Shown here: piece by piece, positions 28,397-37,808 of the stretch
Layout of the letters: each line of letters starts with the position of its first letter
How positions within the stretch are numbered: position 1 is the stretch's first letter
IMG/VR virus record: IMGVR_UViG_3300025151_003852
Location: 32,001 to 96,000 of that record
Reading direction: 5' to 3' (one strand)
DNA length: 64,000 bases
DNA from: a virus
Translations under genes and position numbers: made by a program
Notes under the pieces: generated by a model
Told to the model about the DNA's origin: nothing
The model's input: only the letters and a program-made list of their open reading frames with translations
Database searches by the model: none

Positions 28397-31300
28397 TTAT
28401 TTTAACTTCCAAGTATCACCATCAAACACCCACTTAAGTACACCGCCGCCTACAACACCTGATGAGATAAAGTTCTCATTAATATTAATAGTGCCGCCGA
28501 TAGCAACGTCTTGTCCTACACCTCCGGCGCCATCTGTGTTATCTGATGTCAATGGACCATCACCAAGGTCATCTCCAACAACACTTTCAACTGTATTATC
28601 TGGTACCCATTCGGTTCCAGTTATAATGGGTGTATAGTCAGTTGTGTAAGGTTCAGTTAGATATGCTGTCCATTCAGTACCCACATACGTTTTTGCAATA
28701 GTTGCTAAAATGTTTGAATATGTTGTGTCGGTGTATTGAGATTTATCTACAGGAATGAAACCGGCTGAGATGGTATCCGTAAAGTAATTGAAGTTAGATT
28801 CGTATGAAGGGGGTGTTCCTGCCAACGTGCCGTCTCCGTTTGCACCAAAAGGATCAGCAAATGAATCTCCAGTAAGTCCTGCATCAGCATAGTTTTGTAA
28901 TGTATTTTCAATATCACTAAACGGATTAGTTTCTGGTTGTATTGTTTCTTCTACTGTAATATTATCGAACAATGTTTCTGCGGCTTTAATTTTGTTTACT
29001 AAGTTTGTGTATGTAGGTGATGATGCGGCCGCTTCATATGCCGCTTCAGCCGCCGCAATTTCGGGTGAACCTGCAGGGAATTTTGTTTGTGCTTCAAACA
29101 GAGCCTTTTGCTTTTGAGCAATTCCTTTAGATAACACACTTAATGTTTGTATATCATTTGACAGTTCTTTTTTAACTTGTAATAAAGCAGTAGCCGCAGT
29201 GATCGCACCTTGAGGTATTTCTCCTAATAAGTTCGGTCTAGGTACAATAGGATCTCCTAACACTCCGTCTATTAAATTTGTAATTTTAGATCGATCATAT
29301 GTATTAACTGCTACTACAGGTAGTTTGATAGTTGAGCCGCCACCTGCTGTTAATGATGATAATGCTGATTGTAGTGCGGCTGATGCTCCTGGACTCAATG
29401 CATTAGATAACGGTCCAGAAGTAGCACCGATCAATTGATCTGTCATAGAGTTGAAACTCTTACTGATTTCCCCTAAAGCAGACTCTCCTGTATATGCTAG
29501 ATTTCCTGCATCAACACCTGAAAATGCTTGTTGACCTAATGTCTGTAATGCACCAGTAACATTATCTATACCGTCTGCTATTGGATTAACTGCGCCGACA
29601 GCATTGTTTACAACTGATCCTGCTAGTTTTTGTCCACCGGGTAATTGACTTACACCCGATGCTACTGTTCCTGCTATTTTTGATTGTAGACCTGCTTGTA
29701 CTTGTGTTGCCGCGGCACTCAGTGTTCCTTGCTGTGTTAAAGTTTCAGGGTTAACTCCAATTGCATTCGTAGCATTGACTGCATCATTAATAGCCGCTAC
29801 AGCAGTTGGGTCACCCGAGGAGACTAGTGCGGCTACTGCACCTGATTGTGATACTGCCGCGCCTGAGAACGCATCAATTGCGCCTGCTCCGACTGCATCT
29901 GCAAGGCCTGTAGAAATAGATGATGTGCTTGGAATATCTAAGCCAGTCATTCCTGCACTTGCTCCTGCTACTGCGGCCGCGGCTGCTCCTGCAGTAGCCG
30001 CTAAATCAACTGGTACGTCAGCAGGTAACACAGGGAAAGAATTTACAATAGACTTAAATGATGAAGCCGATGCCCCTATATTTAGATCGGCGCCTACGCC
30101 CGGTAAGTCAAGCCCACTTTGATTGAGAGTATCTAATGCTGATACGATACCACCTGTAGCACCCGATAAAGCAGATGCTAACATAGCACCCGATCCGCTT
30201 TTCATTTTTGACAAGACTGAAGTTTGTCCTCCAACAGGATTAATGTCTGAACCTTCGACAGCATACTTATTGACAATTGATGACACATCTTTTGCATTTT
30301 CAAAAAGATCACCTTTATCGGCTTTTGTTGTCATTGTACCTTGCACAAGTGCTCCGATTCCTCCTTGAGATTCTTTACCAGATACAACACCTAACTTTTG
30401 CAATACTTTTTGTCCTTTTTGTAAAACTTGTGCACCTGACTTTGCTTGTGCGGCAGATGCACCTGTAAATTGCTCTAATGAATTAATACCTGATTGTCCA
30501 GAGAAGGCTTGAGCAGGCATTACTGAGGCTAATTTATCCGGGTTGATCCATCCTACATTATTTTCTGCTACACCTAAAGCCTGTTCAGTCTTTGAACCTA
30601 TGCCTCCTGCATTAAGACCAATTAAAGTATTAACCATAGTGTCTGCGCCGGGCTTAAGAACACCACCTTGAGCCATCTGAGATGGTGTTTGACCAAACAC
30701 ACCTACAACTGCTGTTGATGCAGTTCCTGTCACATCGTTAACGACATCAGTAATAGCCGCTTGAACTTCATTGCCTGATACCCCGATACCCACACCGAAA
30801 TCAGTACCAGTATCTTGTGCTATGCTACCTAGCATTTGTGCAGTAGCATTTTTATCTAGTGCATCACTGATGCCACCTACTTCATTAATTGATGCGGCTA
30901 TTGAAGGATTTGCTAGTTGAACGGCTCCTCCTAAATCTCCTGCTAAGTCTGAATTTAAACCCGCTATTGTTTCTGTAGGTTCTGCTGGCAGTGAGCCTTC
31001 AGCCGTGGGGTCTACTTGTACATCTGCACCTTGGTTTGCATTCATCCAAGGCATGTGAGCAGGCGCACGTGAAGTAATACTTGGGAGTTTTGCTAATGCG
31101 GCAGCCCAGCCTTTATTATCATCAAATAAAGTATCTGGGTGCATAATGACTTCTATTGGTTCAACTACGTCAGGACTCAAACTAGCCGCACCATCATTTA
31201 AATGTATCTTTGTGCCTTCGTTGTATATTTCAGAGTCAGATTTTATTCCTACTTGACCGACTGCTTCTAATGCAACAGCCGCATCTGCTTTAAATTTTAA

Positions 31301-32449
31301 ATTTTGCAATGCAAAAAGATTGTAATCTTCTCCTACCCTTTGTTTAAATTGTTTGTCTGCATTTAAGTAGGTATCCTCTGATGAATTTATGTTTACGTTT
31401 TTTCCACTGATGTTGACTGTTTCATCTGCATGTAAATTAAGATCACCTTGAGTACGTAAGTTAATAGAGTTTGTACTAAAAACATCTACTGTTCCTTCTT
31501 TACCTAATTCAATATATGATTGTCCATTTGCATGTAGGATAGATAACATTTGTCCGTCATCACTCATCGTTATCTGATGTCCTAATGCTGTACGTAATCT
31601 AATTAACTGGTCTCTACCAATGATGTCTCCATCATCCATAACAAGTGAGTGGCCACCTCGTCTTGTTACTACTCTAAAGTCTTCAGCATCATCTCCTAAT
31701 TTACCTGCAATGTCTTCATCTGTTGCACCACCCATATAAACAGGACGTCCCGGAGTACTAACACCCCAGCCTACTCTACTAGATGCTTCTCTTGTTGCAC
31801 TTGAGCCTATAGGACCTCTATATTTGTCTCTGAGAACACCTTGTTGTTGCATGATAGATGCAGTATAACTATGAACTGGTTTTGCATCTCTTAAATAATT
31901 AACACTATCAGCAATATCTTTGTTATTTGTATTAATATTAGTAGTTGGTAATCTTGCGGCGCCGCCATAGGATGCCGCTTCTGCTCCATTAAGAGTTACA
32001 TTTTCAGATGCACCTATTGCAGGTATCATTGACAATGTTTCTGGTTTAGGAATTGAACCTATATAAAAACCATAATTAGGATCACCATTAACAAATATAC
32101 AAATAACTTGTGTTTCTTTATCCGGGGGTGCGTTCCATTGTCCATATGAACTAGGGTTTAAAGTATATGCTCCGTACTGACCGCCACCTTGATCATCTGG
32201 GCCGTCAGGGCCTAACGGTGCTGTTTGTCCAGCAAATGTTGAAAGTCTGCCAACCCATAACCAATTATTACGATTGTATGCATCTTTGTTAAGATTCTCT
32301 GACGGATAGACTGCAATACGACCTTGGTGAGTAGGATCGACTGTACTCATTACTGTACAGATAATAGGTACTTCGATGACAGAGGCTACACCCGCGCCAG
32401 GTTGACTCTTTTTTAATTTACCTCTGGGTTTAAAAACGTCAATAGCCAT
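28397..32449 (-). CDS. gp5/VgrG-like baseplate hub-spike protein with long Ala/Gly-rich extension
   Basis: OB-fold-type N-terminus ('DPTHQGRIAVY', 'PPDKETQVICIFVNGD') and beta-helix spike repeats ('GGHSLVMDDG', 'RTALGHQITMSD', 'SYIELGKEGTVDVFS'). Confidence 0.7.
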   Translation of the reverse strand: MAIDVFKPRGKLKKSQPGAGVASVIEVPIICTVMSTVDPTHQGRIAVYPSENLNKDAYNRNNWLWVGRLSTFAGQTAPLGPDGPDDQGGGQYGAYTLNPSSYGQWNAPPDKETQVICIFVNGDPNYGFYIGSIPKPETLSMIPAIGASENVTLNGAEAASYGGAARLPTTNINTNNKDIADSVNYLRDAKPVHSYTASIMQQQGVLRDKYRGPIGSSATREASSRVGWGVSTPGRPVYMGGATDEDIAGKLGDDAEDFRVVTRRGGHSLVMDDGDIIGRDQLIRLRTALGHQITMSDDGQMLSILHANGQSYIELGKEGTVDVFSTNSINLRTQGDLNLHADETVNISGKNVNINSSEDTYLNADKQFKQRVGEDYNLFALQNLKFKADAAVALEAVGQVGIKSDSEIYNEGTKIHLNDGAASLSPDVVEPIEVIMHPDTLFDDNKGWAAALAKLPSITSRAPAHMPWMNANQGADVQVDPTAEGSLPAEPTETIAGLNSDLAGDLGGAVQLANPSIAASINEVGGISDALDKNATAQMLGSIAQDTGTDFGVGIGVSGNEVQAAITDVVNDVTGTASTAVVGVFGQTPSQMAQGGVLKPGADTMVNTLIGLNAGGIGSKTEQALGVAENNVGWINPDKLASVMPAQAFSGQSGINSLEQFTGASAAQAKSGAQVLQKGQKVLQKLGVVSGKESQGGIGALVQGTMTTKADKGDLFENAKDVSSIVNKYAVEGSDINPVGGQTSVLSKMKSGSGAMLASALSGATGGIVSALDTLNQSGLDLPGVGADLNIGASASSFKSIVNSFPVLPADVPVDLAATAGAAAAAVAGASAGMTGLDIPSTSSISTGLADAVGAGAIDAFSGAAVSQSGAVAALVSSGDPTAVAAINDAVNATNAIGVNPETLTQQGTLSAAATQVQAGLQSKIAGTVASGVSQLPGGQKLAGSVVNNAVGAVNPIADGIDNVTGALQTLGQQAFSGVDAGNLAYTGESALGEISKSFNSMTDQLIGATSGPLSNALSPGASAALQSALSSLTAGGGSTIKLPVVAVNTYDRSKITNLIDGVLGDPIVPRPNLLGEIPQGAITAATALLQVKKELSNDIQTLSVLSKGIAQKQKALFEAQTKFPAGSPEIAAAEAAYEAAASSPTYTNLVNKIKAAETLFDNITVEETIQPETNPFSDIENTLQNYADAGLTGDSFADPFGANGDGTLAGTPPSYESNFNYFTDTISAGFIPVDKSQYTDTTYSNILATIAKTYVGTEWTAYLTEPYTTDYTPIITGTEWVPDNTVESVVGDDLGDGPLTSDNTDGAGGVGQDVAIGGTININENFISSGVVGGGVLKWVFDGDTWKLK

Positions 32450-34476
32450 TATGTATCACCTGTTCCTTCATCATCTTGTTCAGTTCCCTGATCTTGTGCG
32501 CCTGCTTCATCTCCTGTTGTTTCTATAGGTTCAGGATCTGCGAATGTATTAATTGCACAAGATAATTCTTGTGTAAATTTTCCTTCACTGAAGGTACTAT
32601 CTATAGTTATGATTTTATAACTTACTCCTTTAATTTGTTCTTCTATTTCTGCAGGATATCTGAAAAATAAAATAGAGTCATTGAGATCCATTACACCTGT
32701 TTCGCCATTGTAATCGATTGCTTCTTTAAAATCAATTTCAATAAAGACTTGACCGCCGTTTGCAGTAACTCTAAATCCATCGTCTCCGTAAAATCTTTGA
32801 TAAACACTATCTACTCCTCCCCGATGTTCTTGTACTAGAAAATCAGGGTCTCCTAATATTTTAATTTTTGCAGTAGCATAAGAATCAGGAGAATAAAGAC
32901 TTGTTACATATTCATTCTGTGACGATCTGCCTCCGCCTACAGCATTGAGTGTGGGCATTGACGTATTTTTGTTTGTTGCAACTGGAGTTTGTGCGGCTCC
33001 ACCAGAGCCTCTACCTTTTTGATCGTTGTCTTCATTATTTAAATTTGCATTTCCCAATACTTCATTATAAAATAAATTATCTAATTTCTGTGAGTATTCT
33101 AAAATCTCTCTGTTTTCTCCAGTCCACCAATATTCATATCTTTTATGGGGACCATAATAATCTTGTGCCGGGTTTGTAACACTCGTAGTAACAATAGGTG
33201 TTTCATATCTTTCTATTCTAAAAATAATTTGATATGCCCAATCAACTACAATACTATCCCATTTGGCTTTTTGAATAACCGGTGTTACTTTATACCACGC
33301 AACTTTTGTATCACTACCTGGATCTTCTTGTGGTTGTTCTCCTGTTGTTAAGTCAGGTGTAACCTGACTTTTATAAATGGCTTTTAACGCATCGTACATA
33401 TAACCACTGCCTTTAAGAACTTCATCAAAGATTTCTATAAACGTAGTATCAGCATTAAATATTATTTTTCTATGTGCATCGTCTGGTACTGCTGTCGCGG
33501 CTTCAGCATCAGTTGCTTCCTGAGTATTGAGAGGGCCGCCGTCTGGGCCGCACCATTTGCTTTTGTCTGTATCTGTAGGCAAAATAAGTCTAGCATCTTT
33601 AATAGCATCTACACCATCTCCTATGTATTCTACTTTGTATACATTTGCAAATTCTGCTTCTTCTTGTTGAACTTTTTGTGCCTCTATATTATTAAGTTGT
33701 GTAAATAATCCATTATCTCCTTGCATGGCTTGATCAAACGTTTGCCCAGAGATTGTTTTTGTTGAATCTATTCTACCTCTTTTTGTACCGAATGCTTTTC
33801 CAGGAGATAATGCTACACCTGATAGTGCATATCTTGTTGCACCGCCTTCGATTGAAAATTTAATACCCGTAATACTAATATCATAATATGTTTGAAAAAT
33901 AGAGTTACCACTTGCATTTGGATCTAGTACGTCGCCTTCAAAATCTTGGTCACCGGTTATTAAATTACCACTGTCATCATAGCCTAAAAATCTAACACCT
34001 ATAATAAAAAACTGCCTACTTGGATTTTCAACTGAGCCATTACCTGAATACCCTGTTTCATTATAATATGCTTGTAGTTGATCACTGGCTCTTTTTAATT
34101 TTGTGTTAAAAGAAAATCCATAAGGCTCTATGATATCAAACGAGACCGAATAAGTGTTAGTAGATGATTGAGTGGCTGCGCCATTGATTGCTTGTTTTAG
34201 TTTAAAATTATCTATATAATAATCTAAATCAAAACCAGGTGCCCTTTGAGATGCATCATTGTTGACTCCACCTGATTGTGCAATTAAATAAGCACCACCT
34301 GTATTTTCTTCTCCTGATGCTTCTGCTAATGCATTAATTGATCTTCTGCCTGTTGCATTAAAAGCATCATATGCATCTGGAGTAATCATATACAAACTTA
34401 ATTGATATGTATACGAGGATAACGCTCCAAGCGGGTTTTTTAGTCTTCTGCCAGGTGCATCTGTTGGGCTAGTCAT
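32449..34476 (-). CDS. Baseplate hub protein (gp27/gpD-like)
   Basis: Lies between gp53 and the gp5-like gene; 'NPL...SSYTY', 'IKILGDPDFL', 'YKIITIDSTFSEGKFTQEL'. Confidence 0.55.
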   Translation of the reverse strand: MTSPTDAPGRRLKNPLGALSSYTYQLSLYMITPDAYDAFNATGRRSINALAEASGEENTGGAYLIAQSGGVNNDASQRAPGFDLDYYIDNFKLKQAINGAATQSSTNTYSVSFDIIEPYGFSFNTKLKRASDQLQAYYNETGYSGNGSVENPSRQFFIIGVRFLGYDDSGNLITGDQDFEGDVLDPNASGNSIFQTYYDISITGIKFSIEGGATRYALSGVALSPGKAFGTKRGRIDSTKTISGQTFDQAMQGDNGLFTQLNNIEAQKVQQEEAEFANVYKVEYIGDGVDAIKDARLILPTDTDKSKWCGPDGGPLNTQEATDAEAATAVPDDAHRKIIFNADTTFIEIFDEVLKGSGYMYDALKAIYKSQVTPDLTTGEQPQEDPGSDTKVAWYKVTPVIQKAKWDSIVVDWAYQIIFRIERYETPIVTTSVTNPAQDYYGPHKRYEYWWTGENREILEYSQKLDNLFYNEVLGNANLNNEDNDQKGRGSGGAAQTPVATNKNTSMPTLNAVGGGRSSQNEYVTSLYSPDSYATAKIKILGDPDFLVQEHRGGVDSVYQRFYGDDGFRVTANGGQVFIEIDFKEAIDYNGETGVMDLNDSILFFRYPAEIEEQIKGVSYKIITIDSTFSEGKFTQELSCAINTFADPEPIETTGDEAGAQDQGTEQDDEGTGDT

Positions 34477-34793
34477 TAAATGCTCAGTACTCTTTTAAGA
34501 GTATCCATAGTAGGAACATATATTTCTGCTCCTGAAGTAAAATTAAAATATGGATCAGGACCTAATAGATTAGGGTTACGTGCCGCAAATACCCACCACA
34601 AACGTGAGTCATTGTATAAATGTTGTGCTAACATATCAGGTCTAAATTCATACTGCGGAGTAATAGTAAAGGATGCATCTGATTTGTATCTAGGTATTTT
34701 TGGAAAATTATCTAGTATACCTAAATATTTGCCATCAACAATTTTTGTTCTGTTATATGGACTTGCTGGCGGATATATATTATTCTGAGCCAT
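34476..34793 (-). CDS. gp53: Baseplate wedge protein gp53-like (LysM-like)
   Basis: 'YEFRPDMLAQHLYNDSRLWWVFAARN' is the gp53/LysM pattern; ATG 34793 overlaps the upstream stop (TAATG). Confidence 0.75.
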   Translation of the reverse strand: MAQNNIYPPASPYNRTKIVDGKYLGILDNFPKIPRYKSDASFTITPQYEFRPDMLAQHLYNDSRLWWVFAARNPNLLGPDPYFNFTSGAEIYVPTMDTLKRVLSI

Positions 34794-35566
34794 TACCAAA
34801 TTCCTGGTTTATCATTTTGTGATCCGCGTAGTAATTTTCCTGTTGCATATTCTTTAACACTAAAGTCATTACTAATTGTATTTCTACTGACAACAGGTAC
34901 GCATGTAAGTGTTATTGTAATTTTTGTAGGGACATATGTAATTGCTTGATCTGCTGTATCTGAGAACGTTGCTGGTGGCCTATTGCCGCCCGGTGTTAAT
35001 TGTCCACCTATCAAATTAAATTGAGAAGTTGATGGATCATCTGCATCTGTATTGGTTGCTCTAATGTAGTCAACGTTGTTAGGTAGATTATAAGCAAAGT
35101 TTGTAACAACAACAGGATGTGTATCTAACTGGAATGCTCCCAAACCATAAAAGAAGCCTAATGGGGGAGGAGTTCCGTTTGTTGGGTTTTCATCTTGTCC
35201 ATAAAACATTTTAGTCATTGACTTAAAAAAATGTATTGATGCTAACAAGTAATTTGCTTCAAATGTATCTTGTGCTGTGAAGTCCGCAGTTATTGTTACT
35301 TGCTCTACAGCACTATTCATATACTGCTGAATTCTAAAATTTGTATGAGTTGGCAATACACCATCATAGTTTGCTACATAAGAAGTATTAATTGTAGGAG
35401 TATATGGAAAAACAACTCCATCTGTTTTTGCTAGAGGAGCCATAATACCAGGTGAGTCTGCTCTGTACAAGTAATTAGCCGTAGGTGCTAACGACAGACG
35501 TACTCTCCAATCGGACAGTCTAATATCTGCGGCTGATTCGGTTTGCGAGTCTACTGGATCAGGCAT
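34793..35566 (-). CDS. Baseplate-tail tube initiator (gp48/gp54-like)
   Basis: 'GVVFPYTPTI...Y.....PTHTN', 'GTPPP', 'PVVVTNF.Y.LP..VDY', 'VPT.....LT' resemble a tube-like fold; GGAG SD upstream. Confidence 0.55.
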   Translation of the reverse strand: MPDPVDSQTESAADIRLSDWRVRLSLAPTANYLYRADSPGIMAPLAKTDGVVFPYTPTINTSYVANYDGVLPTHTNFRIQQYMNSAVEQVTITADFTAQDTFEANYLLASIHFFKSMTKMFYGQDENPTNGTPPPLGFFYGLGAFQLDTHPVVVTNFAYNLPNNVDYIRATNTDADDPSTSQFNLIGGQLTPGGNRPPATFSDTADQAITYVPTKITITLTCVPVVSRNTISNDFSVKEYATGKLLRGSQNDKPGIW

Positions 35567-35668
35567 TTCATTTTCTCCAAATATTTCCCAAGACTTACCT
35601 ATTTGTATAAATAGTAGTCTTACATGATATATTTATCTATTACAAAAACCACTAAATTTTACCCGTTC

Positions 35669-35700
35669 GACTTGCATTTGAATAGCAAGTCTTATAGAAT
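35669..35700 (+). promoter_or_regulatory. Sigma70-type promoter for the gp55-like gene, overlapped by an inverted repeat
   Basis: TTGCAT (35672-77), 17-nt spacer, TAGAAT (35695-700); GACTTGC/GCAAGTC inverted repeat at 35669-91. Confidence 0.5.
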
Positions 35701-35750
35701 AGATATATCGACTCCACACTTGTCGAAATAATCAAACTAGAGGAATATTA

Positions 35751-36704
35751 ATGCCAGCACCGAGAAAAACAACAAATTATCTTAATAACAAAGACATTCT
35801 TAAAGAAATCCACAAAAGCAAAACATCTTATTGCTACTACACTAAAAAAGACTACCATCAATATGATCTAATTACAGATTTGGATCTTGCAAATGATGGT
35901 CAAGCAGGCATTGAAAAGAGTCTGACATGGGCACTTAAGCCAGAACAGATTCAACAAGCAAAAGAAAACAAAGCCGCACGTTTATCAGCAGAGCAAGGCT
36001 TGACTGGAAAGAACAAAATTGATCCAGCAACGATTGAAACAGATGGATTAATCTTTAGAGTTATGACTTGGGACCATATTCCTGTTGCACAAAAGCAACC
36101 TAGAAAAGTTGCTAAGAAAAAGAAAGCGGCAGACATTATTGACTTTGAAGATGATTTGAGTGCAAACCAAGATTTGTTTGCAGATATAGAAGACAAGAAA
36201 ACAAAGAAAGAAGTTGAAGACTTAGTTCATGTAAAAGTTAACTTCCCTCCTTTTCAGCATTTTAGATTAGATGCTGAAACAATGTCTACCCATTTAGTTG
36301 GCAAGTCACATTGGAAGGGTGGTCTTAAGACTGGTAAGTTTACTGCAACTGACGGTAATCTTACAGACAAGTTAGCACGTATGTACATTATGTTATGTGA
36401 AAAGTATGCTATGAAGTTTAACTGGCGTGGCTATACTTACAATGACGAAATGAGACAAAGTGCTATTCTTCAATTGACTTATGTGGGCTTAAGATTTAAT
36501 GAAGCCAAGTCAGCAAATCCATTCGCATATTACACTGCGGCAATTACAAATAGTTTCTGTAGAGTTCTTAACTCTGAAAAACGTAACCAAAATATCAGAG
36601 ACGATATTTTAGAAATGAATGGGTTGAATCCTTCATTCACTAGACAGATGAAAGATTACAACGGTTTAGGTTACGAAAAGAAAGCAGAAGCATATTCTGA
36701 GTAA
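35751..36704 (+). CDS. gp55: Late-transcription sigma factor, T4 gp55-like
   Basis: 'NYLNNKDIL.EI' N-terminus and 'NWRGYTYNDEM...A...L......FNEAKSANPFAYYT....NSF.R....EK' core; precedes gp47/gp46 as in T4-like phages. Confidence 0.8.
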   Translation: MPAPRKTTNYLNNKDILKEIHKSKTSYCYYTKKDYHQYDLITDLDLANDGQAGIEKSLTWALKPEQIQQAKENKAARLSAEQGLTGKNKIDPATIETDGLIFRVMTWDHIPVAQKQPRKVAKKKKAADIIDFEDDLSANQDLFADIEDKKTKKEVEDLVHVKVNFPPFQHFRLDAETMSTHLVGKSHWKGGLKTGKFTATDGNLTDKLARMYIMLCEKYAMKFNWRGYTYNDEMRQSAILQLTYVGLRFNEAKSANPFAYYTAAITNSFCRVLNSEKRNQNIRDDILEMNGLNPSFTRQMKDYNGLGYEKKAEAYSE

Positions 36705-36711
36705 CATTTTC

Positions 36712-36764
36712 GGGCAAACAAGGCATCCAAATGTCTTGCTTTGCCTACCTTTATCATGTATACT
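36712..36764 (+). promoter_or_regulatory. Sigma70-type promoter for gp47, with a hairpin covering the -35 box
   Basis: TTGCTT (36736-41), 17-nt spacer, TATACT (36759-64); GGGCAAA-CAAGGCAT/ATGTCTTG-C-TTTGCCT stem at 36712-46. Confidence 0.5.
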
Positions 36765-36791
36765 AGTTATTGAATACTGGGAAAACTAATT

Positions 36792-37808
36792 ATGTCAAAT
36801 CTTTTTAAAAAGGCAGCCGTATTCACAGACATACACTTCGGTTTAAAGAGCAATAGCATACAACATAACCGAGACTGTAGTGATTTTGTGGATTGGTTTA
36901 TTGAGAAATCAAAAGAAGAAGGCTGTGAAACATGTTTGTTCTTAGGTGATTGGAATCATCACAGAGCAAGTATTAACATGCATACCTTACAGTTTGGACT
37001 TAATGCGTTAGAAAAACTAAATGATGCATTTGAGAAAGTCTATTTCATAACAGGTAACCACGATCTCTATTATAGAGACAAACGTGACATTCATTCAGTC
37101 GAGTGGGCTAAACATCTTAAAAACGTAGTCATTGTCGATCACTTTATCGAAGAAGGTAACTGTGTGATTGCTCCATGGTTGTGTGGTGATGATTATAAAC
37201 TTCTTAAAAAGAAAAAAGGTAAGTATTTGTTTGCTCATTTAGAGTTACCGCACTTTTATATGAATGCTATGATAGAAATGCCTGATCACGGTGAGACTAA
37301 TGCTGACCATTTATCTCATTTTGAAAAAGTATTTTCTGGGCATTTCCATAAACGTCAAGCAAGAAAAAATATTTGGTATATGGGTAATGCTTTCCCACAC
37401 AACTATGCAGATGCAGGTGATGATGCTAGAGGCATGATGGTACTAGAATGGGATAAAGAACCTGAGTTTCATTCATGGCCAAATCAACCTGTATATAGAG
37501 TATACAAACTAAGTGAAGTATTAGATAACCCAGAAGGGTTGTTAATTAAGAATGCTCATGTTAGAGTACATTTAGACATCGATATATCTTATGAAGAATC
37601 GAACTTTATAAGAGAACAATTGATACCACAATATGATTTAAGAGAAATGTCATTGATTCCTGTTAAGTCTGATGAACATGCACAAGACTTAGCACCTGGT
37701 GAGATATCATTTGAAAGTGTGGATTCAATTATTATCGAACAAATTAAAAACATAGAATCTGATTTCTATGACAAAGGTGTATTACTGGAGATTTATCAGT
37801 CTATATGA
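36792..37808 (+). CDS. gp47: Recombination endonuclease subunit (Mre11/SbcD-like metallophosphoesterase)
   Basis: Phosphoesterase motifs DIHFG, GDW, GNHD, AHLE and SGHFH. Confidence 0.9.
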   Translation: MSNLFKKAAVFTDIHFGLKSNSIQHNRDCSDFVDWFIEKSKEEGCETCLFLGDWNHHRASINMHTLQFGLNALEKLNDAFEKVYFITGNHDLYYRDKRDIHSVEWAKHLKNVVIVDHFIEEGNCVIAPWLCGDDYKLLKKKKGKYLFAHLELPHFYMNAMIEMPDHGETNADHLSHFEKVFSGHFHKRQARKNIWYMGNAFPHNYADAGDDARGMMVLEWDKEPEFHSWPNQPVYRVYKLSEVLDNPEGLLIKNAHVRVHLDIDISYEESNFIREQLIPQYDLREMSLIPVKSDEHAQDLAPGEISFESVDSIIIEQIKNIESDFYDKGVLLEIYQSI

